In this document: positions 38,882 to 47,770 of the stretch, piece after piece
Layout of the letters: each line of letters starts with the position of its first letter
Position numbering within the stretch: the first letter of the stretch is position 1
Assembly: GCA_964426735.1 (NCBI GenBank)
Contig: CAYRRP010000001.1
Span: 157,226-221,225, forward strand
DNA: 64,000 nt
Reading direction: 5' to 3'
DNA from: an uncultured Candidatus Saccharibacteria bacterium
GTDB lineage: Bacteria > Patescibacteriota > Minisyncoccia > Phycocordibacterales > DATDWN01
Program-made: the position numbers and the translations under genes
The notes under the pieces: generated by a model
Seen by the model: only the letters and a program-made list of their open reading frames with translations
The model's database searches: none
What the model was told of the DNA's origin: nothing

Positions 38882-39151
38882 ATGCTGTTAGGTGAGTGGG
38901 CAAAAAATTACATAGAAAATATTGTACGGGCGACACACCCGTACACACCTATTGATCCAGAAAAAATTCTCCAAGTTTTGGAGAGGATGAATTTCAACTA
39001 CGATTTTGGAGAACCTATCGACACTATCAACATTGACACTCTCAATGGTATAGGTCAAATGCTTCACACCATGACGGTTGGTGCACTACATTTATCACAC
39101 CATGAAAAGACGGGGTGTATGCACCCAGGGCTTAAACGCATAAACCTGTGA
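38882..39151 (+). CDS. hypothetical protein (89 aa)
   Basis: AGGAG SD; followed by hairpin/T-run 39165-39195. Confidence 0.4.
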   Translation: MLLGEWAKNYIENIVRATHPYTPIDPEKILQVLERMNFNYDFGEPIDTINIDTLNGIGQMLHTMTVGALHLSHHEKTGCMHPGLKRINL

Positions 39152-39244
39152 AGTATACCCTCCCAGAGGCGCCGGTATCCCCGGCGTCTTTTGTTGACAA
39201 AAAATTCAAAAAATGTTTTTTATAAGGAGGAGACAAAGAGAAAC

Positions 39245-39589
39245 ATGATAAAAGTTCGTACTTTTGAGAGAATTATTATTCTCGATATCTTAGGTTCAAC
39301 AACAGATGTTGAACTCACGAAAAAAGGCGACTTGAATGCATTACTTCGAGAAATTGATGAGTGTTACAAGCAAAACCATCGACAGATTGTTGTAAACCTT
39401 GAAGGAGTCTGCCACATCGATACTGATGCTGTCGCAACCCTTGTCACGAGACGAAGCTCACGAGAAAATCTGACTATACGCTTCTACAACATGCAACAAA
39501 AGGTGAGACATTCCCTGCGAAGTTCGGGATTTTTGACGGTCTTTCAGGTTTTCGAGTCACAGAGAGAAGCTGTACAAAGTTTCAACTAA
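39245..39589 (+). CDS. STAS-domain anti-sigma-factor antagonist (SpoIIAA-like); start ATG 39245 with AAGGAGGAG SD
   Basis: ...IVVNLEGVCHIDTDAVATLV...FYNMQQKVRHSLRSSGF pattern. Confidence 0.65.
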   Translation: MIKVRTFERIIILDILGSTTDVELTKKGDLNALLREIDECYKQNHRQIVVNLEGVCHIDTDAVATLVTRRSSRENLTIRFYNMQQKVRHSLRSSGFLTVFQVFESQREAVQSFN

Positions 39590-39622
39590 AAAGAGTGCCC
39601 TTACCGGGCGCTCTTTTCTTTT
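39590..39622. terminator. bidirectional terminator between STAS gene and M23 peptidase gene
   Basis: AAGAGTGCCCttaccGGGCGCTCTT plus TTCTTTT. Confidence 0.55.
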
Positions 39623-39628
39623 ACACAA

Positions 39629-40915
39629 TTACAACTCAGGGAGGTATTCCATTGGATCAAGATATGCTTTGATATCAGCAATCGGCATTTTTGCACTTTT
39701 ACATGCGCGACTATTTACATGATTTTCTACACGCACACCTTGAGATGCATATACTCCAAGGTGAAGATGTGGGCCTGTAGAGTATCCTGTATTCCCGCTA
39801 TACCCGATCACATCACCTGTTGCCACACTTTGACCCTCAACCGCTTTAATCACTGAAAGATGTCCGTACACAGATGAAAGTCCGTTGGGATGTTTGACCA
39901 TCACCCATTTTCCAAATGAATAACACCCTTTCACCAAATCAGTATTTCCTGTTCCTGCCACCACACCTTCAAGAACACTTTTTACTGGAGTACCTATTGA
40001 TGCTCCAAAATCAACTCCATTATGCGAACCAGATACATACAAACGCTTTGATGCAGAAGTCTTTCCGAAGCGTTGAGTGATAATCACCTTATCAAGTGGC
40101 CATGAGAGTACACCTGGACGAGAGCTTGGGAGACGTGTCGGATCAATCTCAAGTTGGAGTTGGGACTCATACGCAAACAATTCTTTTTCAAATGCAGCCT
40201 TTTGCTCTTCTTTTTGTTTGAGAAGTGTTTTATATGCAGCCTCAGTATTTTTTGTCTGAGCAAGTATTTTTGCTTTTTCTTGTTTATTATATTCAACTAT
40301 TTTTTTCTGATCCTCAAGGTTTTCTTGAAGCAACTTGAGTCGTTCTTTTTCTGCTTCTGTTTTTGTTTTTTTGTCAGCCAGGTTACCTTTAAGATCAACC
40401 AAATCTTCTGTTTTTATTTTGATTTGTTTTTGTACTTGCTTCACATTATCTATACCATTCCACATATCAGTAAATGTTTTGTATTGCAGGAAATTTTCTA
40501 TAGGTGTTTCTACTTCTGTTTGATACATTTGATTCATAAGCTCTTTGATCAGCTCTGTATTAAGCTCAATCTGCTGTGCAGTTGTCTTGATTGTACTTCC
40601 AAGTTCATCAATAGTAAGATTACTTTTACTTATTTTTCGTTCTGTAAGTGTTAAGTCGGTTGTTACTTTTTTTTGAGTCACATCGAGAGTCTTAATCGTA
40701 TTTTGGAGTGTTTTCGCCTCCTTTCCTACTCGCTCTACTTCTTTGTTGTAGAGATTTATCTCCGCTTCAAGAGCTTTAATCTGATTGTTTCGTTCCTCTA
40801 TTTTTGTTTGGAGTTCTTCAGCTTTGTTTTGTGCAAAAGTGATAGGTGTAAAAAAAAGCACACCAAGTAGACAAGCAAGAGCAATAAAAATGCTGTGAAG
40901 AGGATGTAAACGCAT
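39629..40915 (-). CDS. M23-family peptidase with long N-terminal coiled-coil (EnvC-like)
   Basis: HNGVDF and GNTGYSTGPHLHLGV M23 motifs; signal/TM then heptad-rich region. Confidence 0.8.
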   Translation of the reverse strand: MRLHPLHSIFIALACLLGVLFFTPITFAQNKAEELQTKIEERNNQIKALEAEINLYNKEVERVGKEAKTLQNTIKTLDVTQKKVTTDLTLTERKISKSNLTIDELGSTIKTTAQQIELNTELIKELMNQMYQTEVETPIENFLQYKTFTDMWNGIDNVKQVQKQIKIKTEDLVDLKGNLADKKTKTEAEKERLKLLQENLEDQKKIVEYNKQEKAKILAQTKNTEAAYKTLLKQKEEQKAAFEKELFAYESQLQLEIDPTRLPSSRPGVLSWPLDKVIITQRFGKTSASKRLYVSGSHNGVDFGASIGTPVKSVLEGVVAGTGNTDLVKGCYSFGKWVMVKHPNGLSSVYGHLSVIKAVEGQSVATGDVIGYSGNTGYSTGPHLHLGVYASQGVRVENHVNSRACKSAKMPIADIKAYLDPMEYLPEL

Positions 40916-41005
40916 AAACCTTAGTATATCAAAAAAGAAGCTTCGGTAAAAATACCTTTATAGCAAGCCATATTTTTGCACCTCATTTTATATAGATAAA
41001 AACAC

Positions 41006-41035
41006 TTGACAATACTAGTATTATCATGTTATTAT
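41006..41035 (+). promoter_or_regulatory. promoter TTGACA-N18-TATTAT driving the candidate ncRNA
   Basis: read in sequence. Confidence 0.4.
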
Positions 41036-41042
41036 ACTATGG

Positions 41043-41306
41043 TAGTAAAAGGTAGTACATAACAAGGCGAGGCTGCTTCGACAGTCCTTCCAGATTGGTT
41101 TACCTGTTGTAAACCTGAGGTCCAACCTCATTAAAAATGCAATTTGCCACCTCCAGCGGAGAGTGGCGCAGGAAGATAACCAAAGGACGAATAGTTTAGG
41201 GCACACATGTTTCAATTAAGTAAACATGGCGTTATTCCAAACTTACTAGACGGCGGACTTCACTGCAATTCAAGCCGAGACACTCACGTGTACTCGGCTT
41301 CTTTGA
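41043..41306 (+). ncRNA. candidate structured ncRNA (about 265 nt) of unknown class, bounded by promoter and intrinsic terminator
   Basis: no credible ORF; multiple local hairpins (GGUUUACcuguuGUAAACC, UGAGGuccaaCCUCA, nested GCCAC-CUCCagcGGAG-GUGGC); terminator AGCCGAGACACtcacGTGTACTCGGCT plus UCUUUG. Confidence 0.3.
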
Positions 41307-41341
41307 TTACAAAATCTTAATCGCTTTTTAATACGAATAAA

Positions 41342-41380
41342 GCCTCGAAACATTTTACTGTTCCGAGGCTTTGTTTATTT
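41342..41380. terminator. bidirectional hairpin terminator GCCTCGAAACAttttacTGTTCCGAGGC plus T-rich
   Basis: read in sequence. Confidence 0.45.
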
Positions 41381-41430
41381 GTACTAAATTGTCCTGCAAA
41401 CCAAGACAACTTTTAATTTTTGAGAGCAAG

Positions 41431-41756
41431 TTACTTGCCGTTTTTGCTATTGTCTCTGATGAGGTTGGCCATCAGGACATCGACGATCGATCCGCCATTA
41501 CCACCAGCAGTGCTGCCGTTGACGAGGACATCGGGGACAATTTTCATCCCCTTTTCCCCGGCCGTGGCCAAAGCTTGAGCGACCTGGACGATGGCGTAGT
41601 TGCCCGCATCCATGGACTCAATCTTCTGCTTGATCACCTTGGCTTCAGCTTCGCCGATCGCAAGGTCCACTTGTAGAGGGCCAGGAAGAGAACAGCAGCA
41701 ACTACTCCAAATAATGCCAAGGCATTATCTTGGAAAATATTTTCAATTCCGTTCAT
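41431..41756 (-). pseudogene. SPFH/band-7 (flotillin/HflC-like) gene remnant: N-terminal TM segment (41756-41634) fused by frameshift/internal deletion to the C-terminal tail (41670-41431)
   Basis: MNGIENIFQDNALALFGVVAAVLFLALY in one frame, ...AIGEAEAKVIKQKIESMDAGNYAIVQVAQAL... in another; the whole SPFH core is missing. Confidence 0.5.
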
Positions 41757-41908
41757 GGAACGTCCTTTTCTTTTATTTTACAACGAACAGCTGGAATTTA
41801 CATTACATAATATATATTATTTGTCAATATTGAATATATTACAATATATTGTATTTAAAATACTTGACTTATTACATATACGTCATATCATACAATTGAA
41901 AGGTAAAT

Positions 41909-42091
41909 ATGTCACAACTTCGAGAAATTGGTACTGTCCTCGTTCTTTCTGCTGGACTATTATGGTTAATCTCTTCGGTGCGGAATTCCTACGGCGATCA
42001 TAGACCGAATGAGACTGAACGGTTGCTGAAAACGCTCACAATGGCAGTTATCGGAATCGGTCTTCAAACCATCCCCCGATCAAGAGATTAA
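41909..42091 (+). CDS. possible small membrane protein (60 aa)
   Basis: TTGACT promoter-like and AAAGG SD; TM-like LVLSAGLLWLISS. Confidence 0.3.
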   Translation: MSQLREIGTVLVLSAGLLWLISSVRNSYGDHRPNETERLLKTLTMAVIGIGLQTIPRSRD

Positions 42092-42100
42092 ACTTCTCAA

Positions 42101-42130
42101 ATCGGCACCTCGCAGTGAGGTGCCGATTTT
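42101..42130. terminator. hairpin terminator ATCGGCACCTCgcagtGAGGTGCCGAT plus TTT
   Basis: read in sequence. Confidence 0.5.
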
Positions 42131-42136
42131 AACTTC

Positions 42137-43600
42137 CTATAAAACCTCAATCGCCTTTTGGATACGTGACATTGACTCTTCTTTCCCCAGAAGTGCGAGG
42201 AGTGTAAACGGATCCGGAGATTTTTCTCGCCCTGAAAGTGCAACACGTGTTGGCCAGAGTACTTGTCCCCTTCCTTCAGTGTTTGCATAATCCCAAATCA
42301 AGGCTTTTACAGCTTCTGCATCGGTAAAACTTTCATCACTGCCTGTTTTGATAAGTTCACGTACTTGAGAAAGTCTCTCTTTTGTTTTTTCTGCATCTTT
42401 TTCATCTTTCCAGAATAATATATCTTTTGAATATTCTGGGGCTTTGAAAAAATATATAAAATCTCCTTCAGCAAAAAAAGTTGCAACATCTGACCATTTT
42501 TCCAAACGTTCAATAATCAAACTCGAGACTCTCTTGAGCATATCTTCATTAAAACCTGGAAGAGCTTTAATTTCCTTTGGAATAAAGCCAAGGAGTGTGG
42601 CAAACTGCTCATCTACACTCAATTTCTTAATATGTTCACGGTTAATCCAGTTGAGTTTTTCTTCATTAAGTCCCGCGCCTGAGTGTTGAATTTTTGAAAT
42701 ATCAAAAGTATCTATTAATTCTTCGCGAGAAAATATCTCTTGGTCAGTACCTGGATTCCACCCAAGAAGTGCAAGGAAGTTTATAAACGCATCTGCGAGA
42801 TAACCTTCTTTTCTATATTCAAGCAAATCTTTTGCACCATCTCGCTTAGAAAGTTTCTTCTTTCCATCAGGAGCCATGATTGGCGGTAAGGTGGCAAAGA
42901 CTGGAGTATCCACACCAAGTGCCTCATACAGTGAGAGAAATTTTGGTGTTGAAGAAATAAATTCTTGCCCACGCATTACATGTGTCACATTCATTTCAAT
43001 ATCATCAACAATGTGTGCAAAGTTGTATGTTGGATATCCATCTGATTTGATCAAAATAAAATCATCAAGAGCTTCTTCTCCTGCAGAGAGATCTCCCCAT
43101 ACCGCATCGTTCCATTCATATCGTTTGAGTGTTGGTACTTTAAACCGAAGTGGTTTGGTACCATCCCATACTTCTGTAGTATCTTTTCGATGTTCACGAT
43201 ACAAAAAGGGACGCTTTTCTGCTTCCGCTTTTTGACGCAACACCTCAAGCTCCTCCTCAGTGTATGGATCTGCGTATGCGAAACCTTTATCAATCAAAAT
43301 TTGTGCATATTTTTTATACACATCAAGACGCTCTGATTGTATTGTAGATCCGAAAGGGTTTTCCATATCTGGGCCAAAATCCCAAGTGAGCCCAAGCCAT
43401 TTGAGTGATTCCTGAATATGAGAAATCGAACCTTCTACTTCTCGTTCTTTATCTGTATCTTCTATACGAAGAATAAATGTTCCATTGTTTTTTCGAGCCC
43501 AAAGCCAAGCGTACAATGCAGTACGAACACTACCGACATGCATAAAACCCGTCGGTGACGGTGCGAAGCGAGTGACAACATGGTTATCGTGATTTTTCAT
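42137..43600 (-). CDS. gltX: glutamate--tRNA ligase (start at MKNHDNHVVTRFAPSPTG, not the 43684 extension)
   Basis: RFAPSPTGFMHVGS (HIGH), KLSKRDG (KMSKS). Confidence 0.9.
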   Translation of the reverse strand: MKNHDNHVVTRFAPSPTGFMHVGSVRTALYAWLWARKNNGTFILRIEDTDKEREVEGSISHIQESLKWLGLTWDFGPDMENPFGSTIQSERLDVYKKYAQILIDKGFAYADPYTEEELEVLRQKAEAEKRPFLYREHRKDTTEVWDGTKPLRFKVPTLKRYEWNDAVWGDLSAGEEALDDFILIKSDGYPTYNFAHIVDDIEMNVTHVMRGQEFISSTPKFLSLYEALGVDTPVFATLPPIMAPDGKKKLSKRDGAKDLLEYRKEGYLADAFINFLALLGWNPGTDQEIFSREELIDTFDISKIQHSGAGLNEEKLNWINREHIKKLSVDEQFATLLGFIPKEIKALPGFNEDMLKRVSSLIIERLEKWSDVATFFAEGDFIYFFKAPEYSKDILFWKDEKDAEKTKERLSQVRELIKTGSDESFTDAEAVKALIWDYANTEGRGQVLWPTRVALSGREKSPDPFTLLALLGKEESMSRIQKAIEVL

Positions 43601-43651
43601 AAAAATAAAGTTTGAATTTTGATAAGTAAGCCGAGATTTGATTAATGATAT

Positions 43652-43712
43652 TAGATTAAGGATTAATGAATGGGATTTTCTCATATTCCTTAATCTTTAA
43701 TCCTTAATCTAG
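43652..43712. repeat. 15-bp perfect inverted repeat TAGATTAAGGATTAA ... TTAATCCTTAATCTA separated by 31 bp between murG and gltX
   Basis: read in sequence. Confidence 0.6.
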
Positions 43713-43721
43713 TTTCTCTTC

Positions 43722-44849
43722 CTACTTCTGGTGTTCAAGCGCAATATTAAGTATCTCAGTGGCTATTTTTCGAGCAGCATCTGGGTGTTGTGATATTTTT
43801 GTCGCTTCAGACATCTGTGCCAACACTGACGGATTATCAAGCAGCCGATCAACCTCTGCTGATAAGATATTACCAGAAAGATTGGCTTCTTCAAGGACGA
43901 TTGCCGCTCCTGTTCGTGCATATGCGTATGCATTCATTCTTTGGTGATTACCATTTGATTTGGTAATAGGGATAACAATAGCCGGTTTTTCCCATGAAGC
44001 GATTTCAAACAATGATGATCCGGCACGCGAAATCACGAGACTTGCCGCTCCAGCAGACATCCGTAATGCAAGATTGTTGAGGTAATCAAACGGTTGATAT
44101 CGTTTTTTAAACTCATTTGTCAACAACACTACATCTGCTGTGTTTTTAACCATCTGAAAATTATTTTTTCCTGTTTGATGAATGATTTGGTACTTTTGAA
44201 CAAGACGTGGAAGTGCATCAACAATCGTATCATTGATGAGTTGCGCTCCTTGAGAGCCTCCGATCACAAGAATCGTAGGAATATGTGGATCAAGTCCGAG
44301 ATACTCATGTGCACCAGAAGACAATGCATGACTAATATCTTTACGGATTGGATTTCCTGTATATGCGGTTTTGCCTTGAGGGAAATATTTTGCTGAATCT
44401 GGATATGAAATAGCGATACGTGTAGCAAACTTCCCTGCCCATGCATTTACTCTACCTGGAACACTATCTGATTCATGGATCACTACTGGAATCTTTAATA
44501 GCTTACCTGCAAGAAGCGCCGGAAAACTCGCGTACCCACCTTTACCAAAAATCACATCAGGATAGATCGTAAAGATCGTCCACAATGACACAACCACTCC
44601 CCATGCTGTCTTAAACATATCCACAATATTCATGAGTGAAAAATACACACGAAGTTTACCTGCTGTATTTTTCTTAAAGGTGACTCCGTGTTCGAACAAC
44701 AACCCTTCGTTGTACGGAGAGTTTGACATGTAAAAAAGTTCCAGACCAATAAGTTTATGTTCTTTTGCCAGCTGATTTATTTCTTCAACAATCGCAATGA
44801 TTGGATAAAAATGACCACCTGAACCTCCACCAGTAAATAAAATTTTCAT
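43722..44849 (-). CDS. murG: undecaprenyldiphospho-muramoylpentapeptide β-N-acetylglucosaminyltransferase
   Basis: ILFTGGGSGGHFYP and GT28 C-terminal pattern. Confidence 0.9.
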   Translation of the reverse strand: MKILFTGGGSGGHFYPIIAIVEEINQLAKEHKLIGLELFYMSNSPYNEGLLFEHGVTFKKNTAGKLRVYFSLMNIVDMFKTAWGVVVSLWTIFTIYPDVIFGKGGYASFPALLAGKLLKIPVVIHESDSVPGRVNAWAGKFATRIAISYPDSAKYFPQGKTAYTGNPIRKDISHALSSGAHEYLGLDPHIPTILVIGGSQGAQLINDTIVDALPRLVQKYQIIHQTGKNNFQMVKNTADVVLLTNEFKKRYQPFDYLNNLALRMSAGAASLVISRAGSSLFEIASWEKPAIVIPITKSNGNHQRMNAYAYARTGAAIVLEEANLSGNILSAEVDRLLDNPSVLAQMSEATKISQHPDAARKIATEILNIALEHQK

Positions 44850-44950
44850 TCTGTTAGAAATATGAAATCACAGATAACCTGCAACTCCTTTGTATATTAA
44901 TGTGTAATAATTCGACTTTCATACTCATTTGATTTCCGTTATTTCTAACG
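44850..44950. repeat. about 101-bp element with about 20-bp terminal inverted repeats (CGTTAGAAATAACGGAAATCA ... TGATTTCATATTTCTAACAG in gene sense) exactly filling the ftsW-stop / murG-start gap; second copy at 56016-56119
   Basis: both copies read base-by-base; shared internal blocks (GTCGAA.TATTACA, TTAATA, TATCTGTGAT). Confidence 0.75.
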
Positions 44951-44953
44951 CGA

Positions 44954-46087
44954 TTAGTGTTTTTTTCGTGCTGTTTTAGAAATATTTAAAATAATTCCCG
45001 CTTGAGCAAGTGTAATAAATAATGCAGTTCCTCCGTGACTGACAAACGGTAACGTAATACCCGAAAGTGGTAAAATTCCCACCATCGCTCCAATATTTAC
45101 AAACGCCTGCGATATGATGAGTATAACAATTCCCACAATCAAAAGTCTACCGAAGGGATCCGGAACAGACACAGCAATCTTGAGTCCACGTAATGCAAAA
45201 AATACAAATAAAAGCACCAATAACGTACTTCCAATGAAACCGAATTCTTCTGCAGAAACAGCAAAAATTGAATCCCCAATCGGTTCAGGCAAAAAATTAA
45301 ACTTCTGAATGCTTTGTCCAAAACCTCGACCATACAAACCTCCAGAACCGACTGCAATCAACGACTGCTGTATTTGATATCCACTTCCTTGTGCATTGTC
45401 TTGTGGACTCATAAATGTGGTGATACGTGCTTTGACGTACGGACGTGTATACGCCACAACCCCCAAACCAATAACACCAATTATTCCGAGCAGAAGTAGG
45501 TGTTTCCAGCGTCCACCTCCAGCGAGAAATACAGCAAACCCAGCTGATACCGCAACAATCAAGGTGTCTGTATCAGGTTGTGCAAGCAGTACTGCGCCGA
45601 CAATCCCTGTCACCACTACAAACGGCAAAAGTCCATGCGTAATTGTTTTTATATTTTCTTTTGCGCGTGCTACCCATGCAGCAAAATAAATCACATATGC
45701 GATTTTCAAAAATTCGGCAGGTTGAAATGAAATAACTTTAAATGTCACCCATCGTTTTGCACCTCCATGACTCAGACTGAGACCTGGTACAAATACGAGT
45801 AATGTGAGTACGACACCGATAATAAAGATGAAAAAAGCGTTTTTCTTGTAAAAATGAAAAGGGATTTTTGATGTCACTAGACATGCGAGAGATCCGAGAA
45901 ATAACCCGAAAAAAGTTTGGTTGAATGCGACGTTTGCATATTTAATGCTATTTTTTGAAAGCAATCCCAGTGACGCTGAGCTAAATATAAGAAAACCCGC
46001 CACCACAAGAATGATGAGTGAGATGAGAAAAGGGATGTCGACTTTGATGCCCGTCTTAAACATAAAAATATCAAAAAACTTAAGCAA
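44954..46087 (-). CDS. ftsW: SEDS-family peptidoglycan glycosyltransferase FtsW/RodA
   Basis: 10-TM SEDS pattern, ...PEPIGDSIFAV.AEEFGF... Confidence 0.85.
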   Translation of the reverse strand: MLKFFDIFMFKTGIKVDIPFLISLIILVVAGFLIFSSASLGLLSKNSIKYANVAFNQTFFGLFLGSLACLVTSKIPFHFYKKNAFFIFIIGVVLTLLVFVPGLSLSHGGAKRWVTFKVISFQPAEFLKIAYVIYFAAWVARAKENIKTITHGLLPFVVVTGIVGAVLLAQPDTDTLIVAVSAGFAVFLAGGGRWKHLLLLGIIGVIGLGVVAYTRPYVKARITTFMSPQDNAQGSGYQIQQSLIAVGSGGLYGRGFGQSIQKFNFLPEPIGDSIFAVSAEEFGFIGSTLLVLLFVFFALRGLKIAVSVPDPFGRLLIVGIVILIISQAFVNIGAMVGILPLSGITLPFVSHGGTALFITLAQAGIILNISKTARKKH

Positions 46088-47144
46088 TCATTGTTAATAT
46101 CGTTCCGAGTATTGCACACACAACCCCAATAATCCAATATCGCATAACGATTTTTTCACGTGACCAACCGAGTGCTTCGAAGTGGTGATGGAGTGGAGCG
46201 ACTCGAAACACTCGTTTTTTATTGAAATTTTTATACACAAAAATTTGAATAATTACGGAAAGCGTGGTGGCAACAAGCGGAACAGCGATAATAGGTAAAA
46301 ACAACACTGAATTTGTGAGAAATGCTACGACAGAGAGTGTGACGGTCAGACTCAAAATACCTGTTTCTCCCATATAAAATCGAGCGGGTGGGATGTTAAA
46401 CCATAAAAATGCAAGTGTCGCTCCCCCTACGACCGCACAGAATGCAGCAAGATCAATCTGGTTATTGAAATACGCAATCACACCATAGGCGGTAAAAATT
46501 GTCGCCATGATGCCTCCTGCGAGCCCATCCATACCATCGATTACACTCGTCGAAAATGTACCGAGCATAACTGCAATAAAAAAAGGTATAAAGAGTAATC
46601 CTAACTCAAGCTCACCTCCAAATGGTATGTGAATCGTTGTTGCTTCAAGTTTAATATAAAACCACAAACTAATAGCGAGTCCAATCAGTATAACCGAGAT
46701 AATTTTTATTTTTCTATACACAAGACCATCTTTTGCATATGATCCTTTGCCTGATATCTGGAGCATATCATCTACGAGTCCAATAAGTGCAGTTAGTACA
46801 AGTGTCGCAAGCGGTATCAGTGTTTGATTACGCGAAAGAAAGTTCAATTTTTCCGTGAGACTGTTGGGAAACAGTGCTGCCAACACAAACATAACTGCTA
46901 CAGTACATAACACAGAAAACCATATGATTACTCCACCGACTCGCGGAGTACTAATCTCTTTTGCTGTATTATGGATTCGATTAAATTCTTGTGATGTTGA
47001 TTCGGGATTATCGGATGCTGTTCGAGGATTTTTCTTCCACATCTTATACGCATAAAAATAATGCGTAAAAAACGGTGTTATCGTGATACCGATAATAAAA
47101 GAAAGAATGCTTGGAATGAGGACTTTGAGTACGTCGATGTTCAT
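46080..47144 (-). CDS. mraY: phospho-N-acetylmuramoyl-pentapeptide transferase
   Basis: VIDGMDGLAGG and PLHHHFEALGWSE motifs. Confidence 0.9.
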   Translation of the reverse strand: MNIDVLKVLIPSILSFIIGITITPFFTHYFYAYKMWKKNPRTASDNPESTSQEFNRIHNTAKEISTPRVGGVIIWFSVLCTVAVMFVLAALFPNSLTEKLNFLSRNQTLIPLATLVLTALIGLVDDMLQISGKGSYAKDGLVYRKIKIISVILIGLAISLWFYIKLEATTIHIPFGGELELGLLFIPFFIAVMLGTFSTSVIDGMDGLAGGIMATIFTAYGVIAYFNNQIDLAAFCAVVGGATLAFLWFNIPPARFYMGETGILSLTVTLSVVAFLTNSVLFLPIIAVPLVATTLSVIIQIFVYKNFNKKRVFRVAPLHHHFEALGWSREKIVMRYWIIGVVCAILGTILTMIA

Positions 47145-47224
47145 GAGATACAGTATAACAATATAGATACAATAAGTGAATGTATAAGAATTGAGTATGT
47201 CTGTATTGCAGGACGATGGAGGGT

Positions 47225-47761
47225 TTATTTCAGGATTTTAACTATTCCCATTAATGCCTCTGGCTTATTGTCTGGATTTTTAAATCTCCATAAATACTCC
47301 TCTAAGTGCGGTTCAGCACTTAATTTAGATTCATCGAGCTTTTGAGCTTTAATCATCTGATTTGGATCAAAAAAAACGAATAGATCAATCCTTAATCTAT
47401 ACCCCCTATCAAACAAAGTATTTTCATAAAAACGACGAATATCTTCTGAAAATGATTCTCCTATAATTACCCCATTTTCAATAATCACTTCTCCTGCTTG
47501 GATATCAGGTCTATACGGTTCAAATTCTTCATATGCAACACCTTTCCTATCTGGATCATATTTGTCAGTTCCCGTTTTCAAAATAATACCCACTAAATCA
47601 TCAAGGGTATACTGGGGATGATCTGCAATACTTAACGCTCGTACAAGAAATTTTCCTTCAAAATTTTCAGACACTACTTTATCTATTTTCTCTCCGATTG
47701 CTAAATAATCAGGTTGTGAATCTATAGAGTATTCAGGAATACTTACTTCAATTATTTTCAT
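47225..47761 (-). CDS. hypothetical protein (178 aa)
   Basis: ORF between asnB and mraY; no family recognised. Confidence 0.4.
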   Translation of the reverse strand: MKIIEVSIPEYSIDSQPDYLAIGEKIDKVVSENFEGKFLVRALSIADHPQYTLDDLVGIILKTGTDKYDPDRKGVAYEEFEPYRPDIQAGEVIIENGVIIGESFSEDIRRFYENTLFDRGYRLRIDLFVFFDPNQMIKAQKLDESKLSAEPHLEEYLWRFKNPDNKPEALMGIVKILK

Positions 47762-47770
47762 ATAATTTTA

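Noticed and set aside
41043-41306. Assigning the candidate ncRNA to tmRNA, RNase P RNA, SRP RNA or a TPP riboswitch
   Set aside because: Hallmark motifs of each are absent (tag ORF and T-loop/ACCA; GGAAAGUCCGG/ACAGAAA; GGAAGGAAGCAGC; CUGAGA). Only a loose GUUUACC...AGGUCC resemblance to SRP RNA, so the class is left open.
41371-41676. Plus-strand 101-aa ORF
   Set aside because: Antisense to the SPFH remnant, which has recognisable homology; no SD.
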